Positions 27,480 through 41,940 of a DNA stretch of 64,000 bases are shown one piece after another. Made by a program: the position numbers and the translations under genes. Under the pieces are notes generated by a model. That model made no database searches. It worked only from the letters and a program-made list of their open reading frames with translations, and was not told where the DNA came from. The DNA is from Eledone cirrhosa (lineage: Eukaryota), in assembly GCA_964016885.1 (NCBI GenBank), contig OZ024756.1, positions 22,258,001 to 22,322,000 on the forward strand. Direction: 5' to 3'. The stretch's first letter is position 1; each line of letters begins with the position of its first letter.

Positions 27480-27575
27480 CTACATACTCAAAAACATACA
27501 GATATATATATACAGATAGATACACATTCATAAACATACATACATATATTCACATATACATGGCCCTATATACAC

Positions 27576-27636
<61 letters not shown>

Positions 27637-27928
27637 CGTGCAATTCCACAGACATATATACACCCAGAGAGGTTTTAATCAACGCCAAATCTGTTTTTAC
27701 AGCAAAGATTAATTGAAATTGATGGTGGTCTATTAATTATTTCTGTCCATGTGATTAATTTAGTTTACCGATGATGGAATACTTTTAGAAATAACAGATG
27801 TACTTATATATTGAGTGTACGTGTATTTGTAAATATGTGTGAGCATGTGTGTATGTATGTATATACATATATATACATATTTATTAAGATATATATAGAT
27901 ATATATGTATATATATGTATATACATAC

Positions 27929-28010
<82 letters not shown>

Positions 28011-28458
28011 ATGTATATACATATATATGTATATGTATACATATATATATATATGTATGTAGGTATATACATATATATATATATATGTAAAGTACAATGC
28101 CGGACTTGGAAGTTAATTTTGGAAGACGATTTGATCGATTACAATGTATTCACTGACACTTATAAATAATTGAATATATAGTTATATATGTACATACATT
28201 CATATATGTATTTATACACACACAGCCAGACATTATATACACACACACACACATATATATATAGATATATATGTACATATATGTGTGTGATTGTATGTGT
28301 GTGTTTGTATGTGTGTATAAATATATATATATAAATATATATTAGTGAAAAGTGGAACGGGAACAAAACAGAGATGCAGTACGAACAAAGGTTTATTAGT
28401 TTCACACTCTTGGGAGTGTGTGTGGGGGGAGGGGGTTGGACGTTTCGAAATAAAACCC

Positions 28459-28498
<40 letters not shown>

Positions 28499-29130
28499 TT
28501 GATATACTTCCAGAAGCAAGGAAAATGAGAGACTGCCTCTGCTTTTGACACGCCCAACTGATGTATGCCGCATATAAAAACCTAATTTATTTGTTTAGCG
28601 AAACTAGCTTTACTTAATAATAAAATATATTTGCAGCCTTTTATCATCATCATCATCATCATCATTGTAGTTATTATTATTATTATTATTAATATTTTTT
28701 TTTTTGTAAATCTCACTTTCCTGTATTTTCATTTTTGTTCCAAAATATTTAATTTCGTCAGAAGTGTTCTATTGTTTATTTTTATTGATGTTTTATAGCA
28801 ATTATTTGATGTATATTGTTACTCCATCCATAACTTTAAAAATCAAACAACTTCTATGAACAATCATATAAAAATTTAGTGGAAATTAGGATTTCAAATT
28901 TAATAGACGTTAATAGAATTTAATTATTTCCGGATTTAGCAGAATTAGTTAAGAGCAGGGCGAGTTAGTTTACAGTATCTGGGTTACTCCCATTGGTTCT
29001 GAGTTCAAAGTACATCCCTGTTACCGGGCACCTTGTAAAAGAAGTTACCACTCCATGTAATAATGTAAAGAAATAAAGCAGTAATTAGTAAGATAGATAT
29101 TTATGTGTGTGTGTGGTGTGGCGTGTGTGT

Positions 29131-29293
29131 GTATCCCGGGTTCAGTTGGGGGGTAATCACAGTAAGTAAGGTACTCAATACATAAAATATAAGTATTTAA
29201 TATAGAAATGGATTCTACAGGACTAGAAATCTTTCATTCGATGATTGCCTTCGAATGTATCAGTTCTAGTCTCGCAGAAGCCATTTCTATTTC

Positions 29294-29305
<12 letters not shown>
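29131..29305. mobile_element. Family E hairpin-plus-tail element between microsatellites
   Basis: Imperfect hairpin ATAGAAATGG..GACTAGAA..CATTCGA / TCGAATG..TTCTAGTC..CCATTTCTAT; tail homologous, in inverted orientation, to 12967-13016. Confidence 0.55.
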
Positions 29306-29334
<29 letters not shown>

Positions 29335-29493
29335 TAAAATAACAGATTAAAGTTTAAGCAAAGAATCGGTGCTTTCACCCTTAACGGGATCTTCTGAAAC
29401 TAACAAAGTCAATCTGTAAACGCAGAACTGGATATTTCAAAAAACGTTGCACCGGAGCCCTCTTTGAATTTTAGTCTTCAATTTTATTATTAT

Positions 29494-29553
<60 letters not shown>

Positions 29554-29556
<3 letters not shown>

Positions 29557-29928
29557 AGTGAAGAATAACATGGTCAACAGTACAAAAAGGGTTTTATTTA
29601 CAGTATTAACAATTGTTTCATTGATGAGGATGTCTAAAGGTTGCTAATCACTCGAAGTTGTATCAAACAACCTTCAATACAGTGTATGCGTAATAAAATC
29701 GTCGGAATAATTCTGTAAATAAACCCTTTTTGTACTGTTGGCCATGTTATTCTTCACTCTTTCACTATTATTACTCCAAGATTAACCTGCATGGGAATTC
29801 CAGAGAATTCGCCACCTAACTAAGGAAACCTCTTGTTGAGTCAAACAACGCCGTACGTTAAAACTATCTATAATACAGAGTACTCACAACCTCTAACTGG
29901 ATTACCTATAACGATAATTTGTTATCCT
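29554..29928 (+). mobile_element. Inverted-repeat-plus-tail element in (TA)n (Penelope-like)
   Basis: ~50-bp arms 29554-29603 and 29713-29761, degenerate TGATGAG...CTCGAA core, AATAAA and a 165-bp tail. Confidence 0.6.
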
Positions 29929-30080
29929 ATATATATATATATATATATATTGTTTACATCGATTTCAACTCTTATCAACAACTTCAATGCATCTTTCTAG
30001 GGAATATGTTGAAACACAAAGTTTATTAGGTTATTCCATAAGTACGTCTTGGCAAGCTTATAAACATCTCAGCTGACCCT

Positions 30081-30168
<88 letters not shown>

Positions 30169-30620
30169 CATATGTATGTATTATGTAAAAGGTAAACAGA
30201 AATAACAATCAGTACAGTATATGGAAGGAATATATTAAGTTAACATTTGAAATAGCGGAAAAGAGAGTCTTAACGTTTCGAACGCTAGACCTTCATCAAA
30301 AGAAAGAATTAGAAATAAGATAGATTAAAGGGACGGGCAGCGTGGGATTGGAAAACATGTCTTTAAATGAAAAGAACAGGTCCATATATGTTGACATCTC
30401 TTAAGAGCAGTGTTCATGTGTGTTGATGCATGCTTATGTGGATGTCAGACAGTGAGGATAAGGGTGGAGGTGGTGATGGTGGTGATGGTGGTCGTGCTAG
30501 AAGTGGTGGTACTGTTGATTATGGCGATGATAAAAACGAATAAGTGTTGCCGCTCATACTTGTACCACAGTTATCAACGTCCTTAAAATATTGTTGATCT
30601 TTATATAATACATTATCGTG

Positions 30621-30694
<74 letters not shown>

Positions 30695-30720
30695 GTATGT
30701 ATATATATATATATATATAC

Positions 30721-30751
<31 letters not shown>

Positions 30752-30830
30752 TATATGTATGTATATATACATATATATGTATATATGTTTATATATGTAT
30801 ACATATATATAAACACACATATACATAAAT

Positions 30831-30880
<50 letters not shown>

Positions 30881-31455
30881 CATATATATGAATATGAAAA
30901 CGTATGTGTGTGTGTGTGTGCGCACGCGTGCATATGCAAATTTACGTATAATATATGCAAATATGTATATGCGCGATAGTATTTTCATGTGCGCACAACA
31001 AAGCGACAATACGATTACATACATGTGACATCCTGGTATCTGTATCGTGTCAGACTATGCGCATGCGTGCTCATTACGCTTCATGCAAATAACATTTTTA
31101 TCATCTGCCAATTTACGTTTTACATATTCATTAATACCAAAGCAATCAGCTCCAGGTATAATATCGATCTGTGATTACCACTCAATATGCCTGATTTAAC
31201 AGTTTCATCTGATAAATTCCTTTTTTTATCACAGACGAAATTTGTCGATTGATGCTTGGGGAGAAATAAAGACATGAAATAGGATATATATTACATATAT
31301 ATATTATATATATATATATATTACATATATATATATTATATATATATATATATATATTACATATATATATATTATATATATATTACATATATATATATAT
31401 ATATATATTACATATATATATATTATATATATATTACATATATATATCTATCTAT

Positions 31456-31930
31456 CTAAGGCGGGTAAAATTCCCGAGATCCATGGACGAGTTCTCTCCA
31501 GCGGTCTCTGTCCCTCATTATCGCTGCCATATCCTGCATCTCCAACAGACCAGTGTCTGTCCTTAGGGCATCAACATATGTTAACCTTGGTCTTCCTCTT
31601 CTAGTGTGTCCATGTATATATTATATATATATTACATATATATATTATATATATATATATTATATATATATATATTATATATATATATTACATATATATA
31701 TATTATATATATATATATATATATTACATATATATATATTATATATATATTACGTATATATATCTATCTATCTAAGGCGGGTAAAATTCCCGAGATCCAT
31801 GGACGAGTTCTCTCCAGCGGTCTCTGTCCCTCATTATCGCTGCCATATCATGCATCTCCAACAGACCAGTGTCTGTCCTTAGGGCAAAAACATATGTTAA
31901 CCTTGGTCTTCCTCTTCTAGTGTGTCCATG
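31456..31930 (-). mobile_element. RTE LINE 3' end, tandemly duplicated (31456-31614 and 31772-31930)
   Basis: HGHTRRGRPRLTYVDALRTDTGLLEMQDMAAIMRDRDRWRELVHGSREFYPP* is the RTE C-terminal motif (RGRP...D...DRxxWR); (TAGA)n tail. Confidence 0.85.
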
Positions 31931-32209
31931 TATATATTATATATATATTACATATATATATTATATATATATATATTATATATATATATATTATATATAT
32001 ATATTACATATATATATATATATTATATATATATTAAATATATATATTACATATATATATTACATATATATATTACATATATATATATATATATTATATA
32101 TATATATTATACGGTGGGAGGGAAGATGCATTAGCTACATTAGCAAAGCAGATACCAAAGAACATGCCTAACGCAAGCTTTCTCTCTCACTCTATCTCCA
32201 TTATATATA

Positions 32210-32729
32210 CTAGCAGAAAATCCCCCGAAGTAGTGTAGTGTGCATATTTATATTACATGCAGATATACATGCATGTAGATATGATATGTTAAATAAAATC
32301 GTATTTGACAATATGCACAGAAATTGAAGAGAGTGTGATACACTATCTTCTGTATTCAGTAAAGTAATCCATGATACATTTATAAAAGAGGATATTATAT
32401 ATAAACTGCATTACGTTGAAATGTAATGAAACCTTACATACCGATGCAAATATATGGATGTTTATATAAGCGATGTAATATGTGTTATGATATAACGAAC
32501 GCTAACCGGAAGTGTAGACATTTAAACATTTTAAAAGAAGTGAATCTTAAGAAAAGCAATCATTGTATATTAGAATGTTTATGTTTAATCAACAGCTACG
32601 AAATTTAGTAGATAAATTATGTAATATTCATTCATTATTTATTCAAAGAAATCTAACTTATTTTACTAACGGGATTAAAAAATATATTCTGCACGCAGTC
32701 CCACACTCCTCTCTTTATTATAATTAAGA
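32210..32729 (-). mobile_element. Non-autonomous Helitron (upstream copy)
   Basis: On the - strand it starts TCTTAATTATAATAAAGAG and ends CTAG (32210-32213); same CTAGCAGAA terminus as the adjacent copy. Confidence 0.55.
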
Positions 32730-33455
32730 CTAGCAGAATGGTCCGGCGTTACTCGGGATTGTAAACATAGATTCGCATACTTATCCCTCCTTTCTGAAAC
32801 AGTACAGAGAAGTACGGAATACCTCGGGCTCAGGATAGTGTCTACATGTTGTGCTTATAAAAAAAATCCGTCGTAGATTCCCAGGGTTCTTTTCCATGAG
32901 AAAAAAAATCAATACTTTATCGCGAAATAAATACGTTTGTTTATATTTTGTTATTGTGTATGCAAACATATCTGTACACGAATATATAATTATATATATA
33001 TATATATATATATATTAAAATAACAGTTTAAAGTTTAAGCAAAGAACCGCTGCTTTCACCCTTAACGGGATCTTCTGAAGCTAGAATATCAATCTGTGAA
33101 CGCAGAAGTAAATATTTCGAAAAACGTTACACACTATATATATATATATACACACATACACACATACACATATATCGCGTCATAATGCAATGCAGACAGT
33201 CAGACATACAGAGATATATGAGGGAGCAACGTTAGATCTATGTATCTATCTAAAAAGAAAGACTAAGAATTATAGAGAGATCGCTAAATCGCCTTATGCA
33301 CTCCTTAGGGCATTGAACATTTCAAATATTTTTGGAGCAAAACACTCACAGGATCATAAGTATTATATGTGTAAAGTTGAAAACAATCGGTTGGGTGGTT
33401 CTCGAGTTTTAGGGAGTCAGACATACAGACAGACATTTTCCGTTTAAGATATATA
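32730..33455 (-). mobile_element. Non-autonomous Helitron (downstream copy)
   Basis: 3' CTAG at 32730-32733 with subterminal hairpin TCCGG-CGTTA-CTCGGGA; 5' end TATCTTAAACGGAAAATGTCTGTCTGT is typical of invertebrate helitron 5' ends. Confidence 0.65.
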
Positions 33456-33474
33456 TATGTATATATAATAGTAG

Positions 33475-33975
<501 letters not shown>

Positions 33976-34619
33976 TATAATACAGTGTGTGTGCGTGCGT
34001 GCGTACGTGTATATATATATATATATATTAATATATACATTTTTCGTGGTTATAACGAAAATGCATATTGTGCACAAAAGCATTGGTGAGAGCGCTCTAC
34101 AAAAGTGTAAAGAACGAAATAACTCGGTTACGATTCTCTTCGCAGACTTAGATAATGGCCGACTTAGGTCTCACGTGACCATAATCATCTATATGGAGAT
34201 TGACTGCGAGGAATGTGATGTATTCCTGCATAGAAAACATTACATACCTCTTTACTTAAATACTTCGCATTAAGAACACACACGCGCACACATATGCATG
34301 CGCGGGCATGCATCTTTACACAAACACACAGACACACACGCACAATTAAATATATGGTTTCAGTACTTGCAACTACACTAGATTTAAATGTTGTTGTAGT
34401 GGAGATGTTAGTTACTCAATTTGTTTTGTTTTTGTTTGTTTTTTGTTTTGTTTTGTTTTTTTTCTTTTATTCTGTCTTTTACAAGAGATGTTCGTTTTGA
34501 CATTAAGATGGCATTTTAACACAATGATATTTCCCAACTCTCTTTCTTCTGCTAGTTAGATCACAATCATCATCATCACCATCACCATTATCGTCATATT
34601 ATTATTATCATATTATTAT

Positions 34620-36315
34620 TTGGCAGTATCGGTAGAGGGTCGGACGCCATGCTTTGCAGCACAGAGTTACGGCCCTTTATGATCTGAGTTCAAATCCCGC
34701 TGAGGTTAACTTTGCCTTTCATCCTTACGGGGTCGATAAAATAAAGTACCAGTCACGCACTGGGGTCGATTTAATCGACTTTCCCTCCCCCCAAAATTAC
34801 TGGCCTTGTGCCTATATAAGAAACCATTATTATTAAAGGCATAAACAAAAGTAATTGTCTTCGGACGCCATATTTTGCAGCATAGAGTTACGGCCCTTTA
34901 TGAGCTGAGTTCAAATCCCACCGAGATTAACCCATCCTTACGGGGTCGATAAAATACAATATCAGTCACACACTGGAGTCGATTTAATCGAGTTTCTCCT
35001 CCCCCCCAAAAAAATTGCTGGCCTTGTGCCTATATAAAAAAACCATTATTATTATCACTATCAGGGCGGTGGATTGGCAGTATCGGTAGAGGGTCGGACG
35101 CCATGCTTTCCAGCATAGTTACGTCCCTTTACGATCTGAGTTCAAATCCCGCCGAGGTTGACTTTGCCTTTCATCCTTACGGGGTCGATAAAATAAAGTA
35201 CCAGTAATGCACTGGGTAATTGCTGGCCTTGTGCCTAAAGTAGAAACAATTATTATTATTTTCACCATCATCATCTGCACAATCTTCGGTGAGATTCCAC
35301 TGTAGTCCAAATGAACACATCTGTGTTCTTCAGGTGTGTGAGCACCGATTTTCGCTCGTTCTTTCTTAACAGTCTAAGTATTTATTGAATAGGTGTATAT
35401 TTTATATAACATGCACCTGATATGTTCGATAAGCTGGGGAAACGTTCTGTAGAGTTATACCGTCTTCATAATATCATCAGTTTTGACCTTTATTTCTTCT
35501 GGGAATGCGATGTTGTGATTACATTTATACATTTAACACAACAGATCGATTTAGCCGCCGCTATCCACAACCCCTACGATCTGCTCTACAGGTTTGAGAT
35601 CTTTGTAGTTTAATCTTATTGCTGTTCTGCCTTTTGTTATTATCATCCATAGGTGAAGGCGGTGGCTTGGAAGAATCGGGATGGTGTTGAACAAATGCTT
35701 AACAGTATTTCTCACGGTCAGTTAGGTTCTGAGTTCAAAATCCGCCGAGGTTAGTTTTGTCTTTTATCTTTACGAGTTCGAGCAATTGGAGCCCCAGATA
35801 TTTACTGGAGTCGATTTGATCGACTTGATCGATTTTCTCCTCCACTCAAATTGTTGGCCTTCTGATTAAATCAGAAATAATTATTATCCAATGGCGGTGG
35901 ATTGGCAGTATCGGTAGATGGTCGGACGCCATGCTTTGACGCATAGAGTTACGGCCCTTGCCATTCTGAGTTCAAATTCAGCCGAGGTTAACTTTGCCTT
36001 TCATCCTTGCGGGGTCGATATAATAAAGTACCAGTAATACACTGAGTAATAATTGCTGGGCTTATGCCAAAAGTAGAAGCAATTATTATCCAATGGTGGT
36101 AAAAGTGGTGGATTGGCAGTATCAGTAGAGCGTCGAACAACATGCTTTGCAGCATATAATTACATACGTTCCTTTACGTACTGAGTTCAAATTCCACCGA
36201 GGTTAGCTTTGCCTTTCATCCTTACGAGGGTCGATAAAATAAGTACCAGTAACGCACTCAAGTTGATTTAATCGACTTTCATCTCCCCTAAAATTGTTGG
36301 CCTTCTGTCTAATTC
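34620..36315 (+). mobile_element. Cluster of six S1 SINEs
   Basis: Copies at about 34620, 34860, 35064, 35657, 35892 and 36106, several abutting the previous copy's (ATT)n tail. Confidence 0.85.
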
Positions 36316-36325
36316 AGTCACGTGA

Positions 36326-36515
36326 CTCGATAGAGTGCGTTGCTCGGAGATCAGAGAGACCCTCCTAAAGGAGCCGCTACTTCTCCAGATTGAGAGATCA
36401 CAGCTCCGATGTTACGGACATGCGGTTAGAATGTCTCGGAAAAGAATCGCTGGGCAGATTTTACGGGCAAAACCAACCAGCATGTGATTAAAGGTAGACC
36501 CTGCGCTAGAGGTTT
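36326..36515 (+). mobile_element. RTE (Rex3/Expander-like) LINE ORF fragment
   Basis: LDRVRCSEIRETLLKEPLLLQIERSQLRCYGHAVRMSRKRIAGQILRAKPTS / KGRP matches the RTE motif DRVRS..IRE.L..EPLLL.IERSQLRW.GH..RM. Confidence 0.85.
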
Positions 36516-38542
36516 GAGGCAAATATGGCTGTTATTTCTATTTAGCTGGATATGGATACAGTAATGGATATCCAGTAATACTAAAGTGGATGTGCCTATA
36601 TCGATATTCTTGTTTTTCTTAACAACATTGCTTAGTTAACAAGAAAAGAGTTACCCAACCAGCACTATAATCATCATCATTATCATCATCATCATCATCA
36701 TCATCACAACCACCAATAATGTGTTTCATTTGTATTGTGTTACTGTTGTACCAATTTAAAGAACGACCCATATTTTTTAGTGGCAATTTTCTGCAATTTT
36801 CTGCAATTTTCCGTAACGGTGATTTGATTGTATTCATCGATATGCTTGGTTAAAACAACATTGTACTGCATATGACAAATTCAGAAAAAAAATGTTAAAA
36901 GAACCTCCACAACCACCACAAAAAAAGAAACATAGCAAAGAAGAAAGCAACCAAAAAAGAAAGAGTAAGAAGAAGAAAAATAGAGAGACGACAAGAAATA
37001 CAAAAATATGGCGATATTTGAAAAATTTGAAATATTACAAAGACACTATGGAAGACTAGATAAATACAGAGACATAAGCGGAACTTATTTCAATGTTATT
37101 TTACAAAGTTGAACAGATTTAGATAATAGCTTGCTTTTTTAGCATGTTTTTTTTTCGTCTAAAACTCAAGACGAAATCTGTCTGTGATATTACATTCTCT
37201 ATTACAATTCTCTGATAAAAATATTGATTTTTATTACCATATGCAGAAGAACAGCTAAAGTCGATTATATGTAGGCCAGTATTTTAAAGGTCCTTGTATC
37301 GACTCCCATAACCCGAAATACTAATTTGATTTAAATAATAATACTGATTTCTTCATATAAGTAAAAGGACATATTTTAAAAAGGGACGTTTAGTCGATAA
37401 CGACAGCCCAGTTCTTCATTGTTTCTTTATTTTATCGTTTCCGTAGTGATATAAAGCAAAGTTGGCATTTGACGCAAGTTGAATTCAGAACATAAAGGGG
37501 CGTAATTTTCTATAGATATACTGATATTTAAGTAGCACCTGATCCAATACTCGGTTAGTATTGAATAAATTGCAAGGTTAAACACGCAACGATGTGAACT
37601 CAGAAAGTTAAAGTAAACCAATAGCATAAAAGCCCTTTCTTTCAATGACAATTCACGAAACAGTGCACAAACATAATTTGCTGTCAACCTGTTTTTGATT
37701 TCATTTTTCTGGTTTGTTTTTTTACATTTTATTATCAGACAGCCGTTAGAGCATCGAAACAATGGCCTTAGAATTGGTTTCGGCAATTTGTGTTCCGTGT
37801 TTAGTCCGCGACAACATCGAGGGTACAAATGAAACTAGTTAAATAAATTTAACACAGCCTCTGATGTTGCATGATTCGCCTAAAACTGAAGGCGGAACGT
37901 TAGTCAGAATATGAGTTTTGCAGCGAACTGCATCGATTTCTGGACTGTTAAGGATATGTGCAATGATTGGTCAGTGGAAAAAATTAGAAAGTCCCCTCAA
38001 TGCTGTCACGGACTGTTAAATACTCTCAATATCTCCGTAACCCTTCTTCTTTCAGCGTCGATAAATACATTAGAAGTGAATTAACGGTGTAGTGGCAGAA
38101 ATGTTACTGAGTCGGACACATACAATATATTACGCTATCTGCTCGGATTCTGTGGTTTTCTGAGATCAAATCTCACGTCCTGATACATACAGAACCACTG
38201 GGAAATCTTGTCTCTAAAGACCAGAACATTTCTAAATAGTTTGTGGTGAATTTCACAAAATACTAATTTGATAAATCGCAAAGAATAGGTTACACAGTAT
38301 AGTGATTACATAAGGGATCTGCATTTGGACCAAAGGAAGGTTACAGATAAAATTCCGTCTGTTTGTTTAAAAAACCATACAATGTAAGCTCGTGAGGTTT
38401 CCAACGTAATACGTCAGCAATTAATTGAGTGAGAAACCAAAATAATTGAAAGGAAGAAGTGTTTCAGATTGACCATCCATCATCAAGAGGGGTCCATGGG
38501 GAGACACTTCGCAGGAGAAACAAAGATCTTTCTTCTTGGTTA

Positions 38543-38586
<44 letters not shown>

Positions 38587-38802
38587 GCATATATATATAT
38601 ATATATATATATAGTTATCGCGTACTAGTACTAGCATAAAGTATTATATTAATCTCTAAGATAAACACACAATGGTGAAGATGATGTAGCTGATTATATC
38701 ATCCAGGATACTTCACTACTTCTATATGATAACTAAGCCTGCACGAAAAAAGGCAAAGTTGAGCCTTGCTTGATTCGAAATCATAACCTAAAATTAACTA
38801 AA

Positions 38803-38991
38803 TAATTGTTTCTACTGTTGGCACAAGACCAGCAAATTACCCAGTACATCACTGGTACTTTATTTTAACGACCCCGTAAGGATGAAAGTTAAAGTTAACC
38901 TCGGCAAGATTTGAACTCAGTCAGTAAAGGGACATAACTGTGCTGCAAAGCATGGCGACCAATCCTCTACGATACTGCCAATCCACCGCCC
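38803..38991 (-). mobile_element. S1 SINE
   Basis: Complete reverse-complement copy. Confidence 0.85.
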
Positions 38992-39829
38992 TTAAATACT
39001 GCCAATAAATAATGCAAGTTATGCACTGCCAAGGCAGCTCTTGAATTTTGATTAAACTGGGAATACCAAAAGATAGTTCATTCGAGGTGAAACATATGCG
39101 TCACAATTTAGTAAAGGAGGTTGTTTATATTATTTTTTTTAAATTGTAAATATTAATGCAGCATTAAAGGAATATTACAGGAAACGAATGTATACCTCTT
39201 AATAATGCAATATGAACAAGTTTAGATGAAATTTACGAAATTGAGAAACCCGAAAATAGCCACATGATATATACTCTGTAGAGTTGGGAATAATTTTGTA
39301 CCAAATGACAGACAGCAAAAAACACCAATGTTTTTTCTGGTTTTATACCCAAATCTCATTGGAAAAGTTGTCAAGAAATGATTAATGTTTTATTAAATTA
39401 TAAAATAAAACTAGAAATAACAACAATAAAAAAATTCAATTAAATATGATTTTAATTGAAAACGAAAATTACCGATTCCAACATAGAAAAAATAACATAA
39501 ATCCATGAATTCTTTCTGAATTAAATTCGAATCTAATTTTCTCTTTGACTGTATAGTCTAATAGTCTTAGTGGTATGTTATACGTGTTGTTGCTGGTGTT
39601 GTTAGTGTTCATTCCGTAATTCAATTCATGTTATATTTAGAAAAGCGTCGAATAATATTTCATAACTAAGAGAGCAACAGCAAAACAGCAACAATTCAAG
39701 ACAAAATAAACAAGTTTATCTTTAACGATTGATTCCCAAAAGACAGCTGACTCGTTGAAACAACGGATGGTAGAAAAGAGTGAACGTACAGAGTGAACTC
39801 TGTAGATAATGAACACAACCACAAGGATA

Positions 39830-40041
39830 TGGTCCGGACGTGGAAGAGCCGAACTCCCACTGTCATCGCCTCCATCTCTCTCAACCTCACCATCTCTCTG
39901 TATGGTGCGCAAATGGGGTCCCACGTGCTGGCCTCCCCACAACCCCGCCGGACAGAATAGAGAAGGCGTTTCCCCGGAGGATGGGAAGGGAGATGCGCTG
40001 GAAGAGCCATTCCAACTCGCAGAGCTCACACCTGCGACTAG
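39830..40041 (-). mobile_element. CRE-clade LINE 3' fragment
   Basis: Nucleotide homology to 23447-23650; translates SRRCELCELEWLFQRISLPILRGNAFSILS. Confidence 0.8.
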
Positions 40042-41463
40042 GTGGTTATTTACAATTTTAGAAGGTACCATTAGTATTACTGCTATTATTATTTACTTCT
40101 GGGTTACTTTAAGGATTATGAACGATTTCCGAAAGTCCTTTTCTTTGCCATACTACAAGAAGTAGAATGGAGCAATGTTTGATCGATTTAAACTCTACAA
40201 TTTCAGTCGATACAATAGAAACAGCATTTGACTGTACTCTCATCTATTGCTTGGGTATTGCTGGCCATTTGGTATATATCGATTTGATGTTACCAAATGT
40301 AGAGCAGATCAGTCTACCAGGCGTTCGGCCCAGTTTATTTCTTCATTACAGATTGATCTTACATGTTAACATTGTTTTCAGTCGACAGTATGAAAAGCCT
40401 GATCATGACTAAGATCTAAATAGCAACAAAGCAACAACCAATGAGAAGGATAAATGCTCTATAACTAAATATGATGCAAGTTTATTGCGGCCACTCTTTC
40501 CGAAATGATCTGCAGTCTATTCTCGATAACTAACAGAAACTTATAACTTCTAGGATAATGTAAAAGTAAACGTAAAATTAGAGTAAATCTTTACAAAACG
40601 TTACCTAATCCTGCAAAAGGAGAATTAAAGCATTGCAAAGTAATGGTACCATTACTAGAATAATATAATCGGAGAATATCACCTGCATCAAATACCTATT
40701 TACTGCAGAAATATTTTCAGATGATCAGATACCAATCACTTCCAAAATAATAGCACAATGAAATGTGAAATAAGTAATAAAATATTCAAAGGACAAATAT
40801 TTTCCAGTAGTATATTGAAGTGCGCTTGAACTGGAGATCTGTCAGTGAGCTGTAAGTTGTCCTAGCGGCGATTTTCTCTCATGTGATAATAACAAACTTT
40901 TTAGCCAATGGCGATCGGAGGTTGCAATTTAGATTTACAATAAAATGACAAGATGACATGCAAATTGCATTAAATTATTTCACCGAGCCGATGCAATTAT
41001 ATCAAAGTGTTTTACTTGACTTCAGAAATACTTCAACCGAACGATTATGGCTTTGAAAAAAGCTATTTAGAAGTTAGCGTAATAGCTGAAATATTCTCAA
41101 CGTATTTCTTATTGGATAGGTTTCTTAGATCATGTTAATTTAATGAACGTAAGGCTGCATTGTGAGAAACTCAACATGGGCAATTGGTCGGCCATTTTGT
41201 TGCCATAGTAGTAATAATATTATATCTACATATTTTTATTATCTTTGCAAATTTTCTTTGTTTTTCTTTTCTCTAAGCGAAGAAATGGATGGAACAGTTC
41301 CTTGGCTGGTTGTTTTCGGGTTAATTGGCTGAGCGCCCGTTCGTGCAGTATAATATAAAGTGGTGTCTGAAACGTTACAGCTATTTCTTGTATCACTAAC
41401 ATCGTATTATATAAATAAATATATATATATATATATTTATACATATATCTGTCTCTGTCTGTC

Positions 41464-41496
<33 letters not shown>

Positions 41497-41940
41497 GTCT
41501 GTCTGTCTGTCTGTCTGTGTCTGTCTGTCTGTGTCTGTCTGTCTGTGTCTGTCTGTCTGTGTCTGTCTGTGTGTCTGTGTATGTCTGTGTGTCTGTGTAT
41601 GTCTGTGTGTCTGTGTATGTCTGTGTGTCTGTGTATGTCTGTGTGTCTGCATGTGTACGTATGTGTGTGTATGTATGTATGTGTCAGTGTGTGTGTGTAT
41701 GTGCACCTGCATATGTAAGTATGGGAGTGCCTCTGTTTATCTTAATGTGTAGATTTCACTGGTTAAGTCCGGCACGAAATCAGTTGACTCATGTTCGATT
41801 TAATTGATTTTTATCTTCGGCAATAGGTTTCTCTCATAAAATAGGATGAAGCCAAGCCAAGACTTTTCAGAGAAATTTGCTAAGAAGGATTGTCTCCATA
41901 ATAGTAAAACGCTGTTTTAATATTACAGGTACAACACGTG

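Noticed and set aside
30262-30305. Hammerhead-like motifs on the - strand (also about 14648-14680 and 38459-38490)
   Set aside because: Core or cleavage triplet is degenerate (U3 with G8, GUU, or missing stem III); probably decayed retroelement motifs, not called as ribozymes.
35064-35150. tRNA gene
   Set aside because: A and B boxes are present, but there is no cloverleaf and the sequence continues into the SINE body and (ATT)n tail; about 35 copies.
40100-41215. Non-repetitive stretch with an 81-aa ORF
   Set aside because: No recognisable protein motif; frequent stops in all frames. Possibly an old DNA transposon interior, but no termini were identified.
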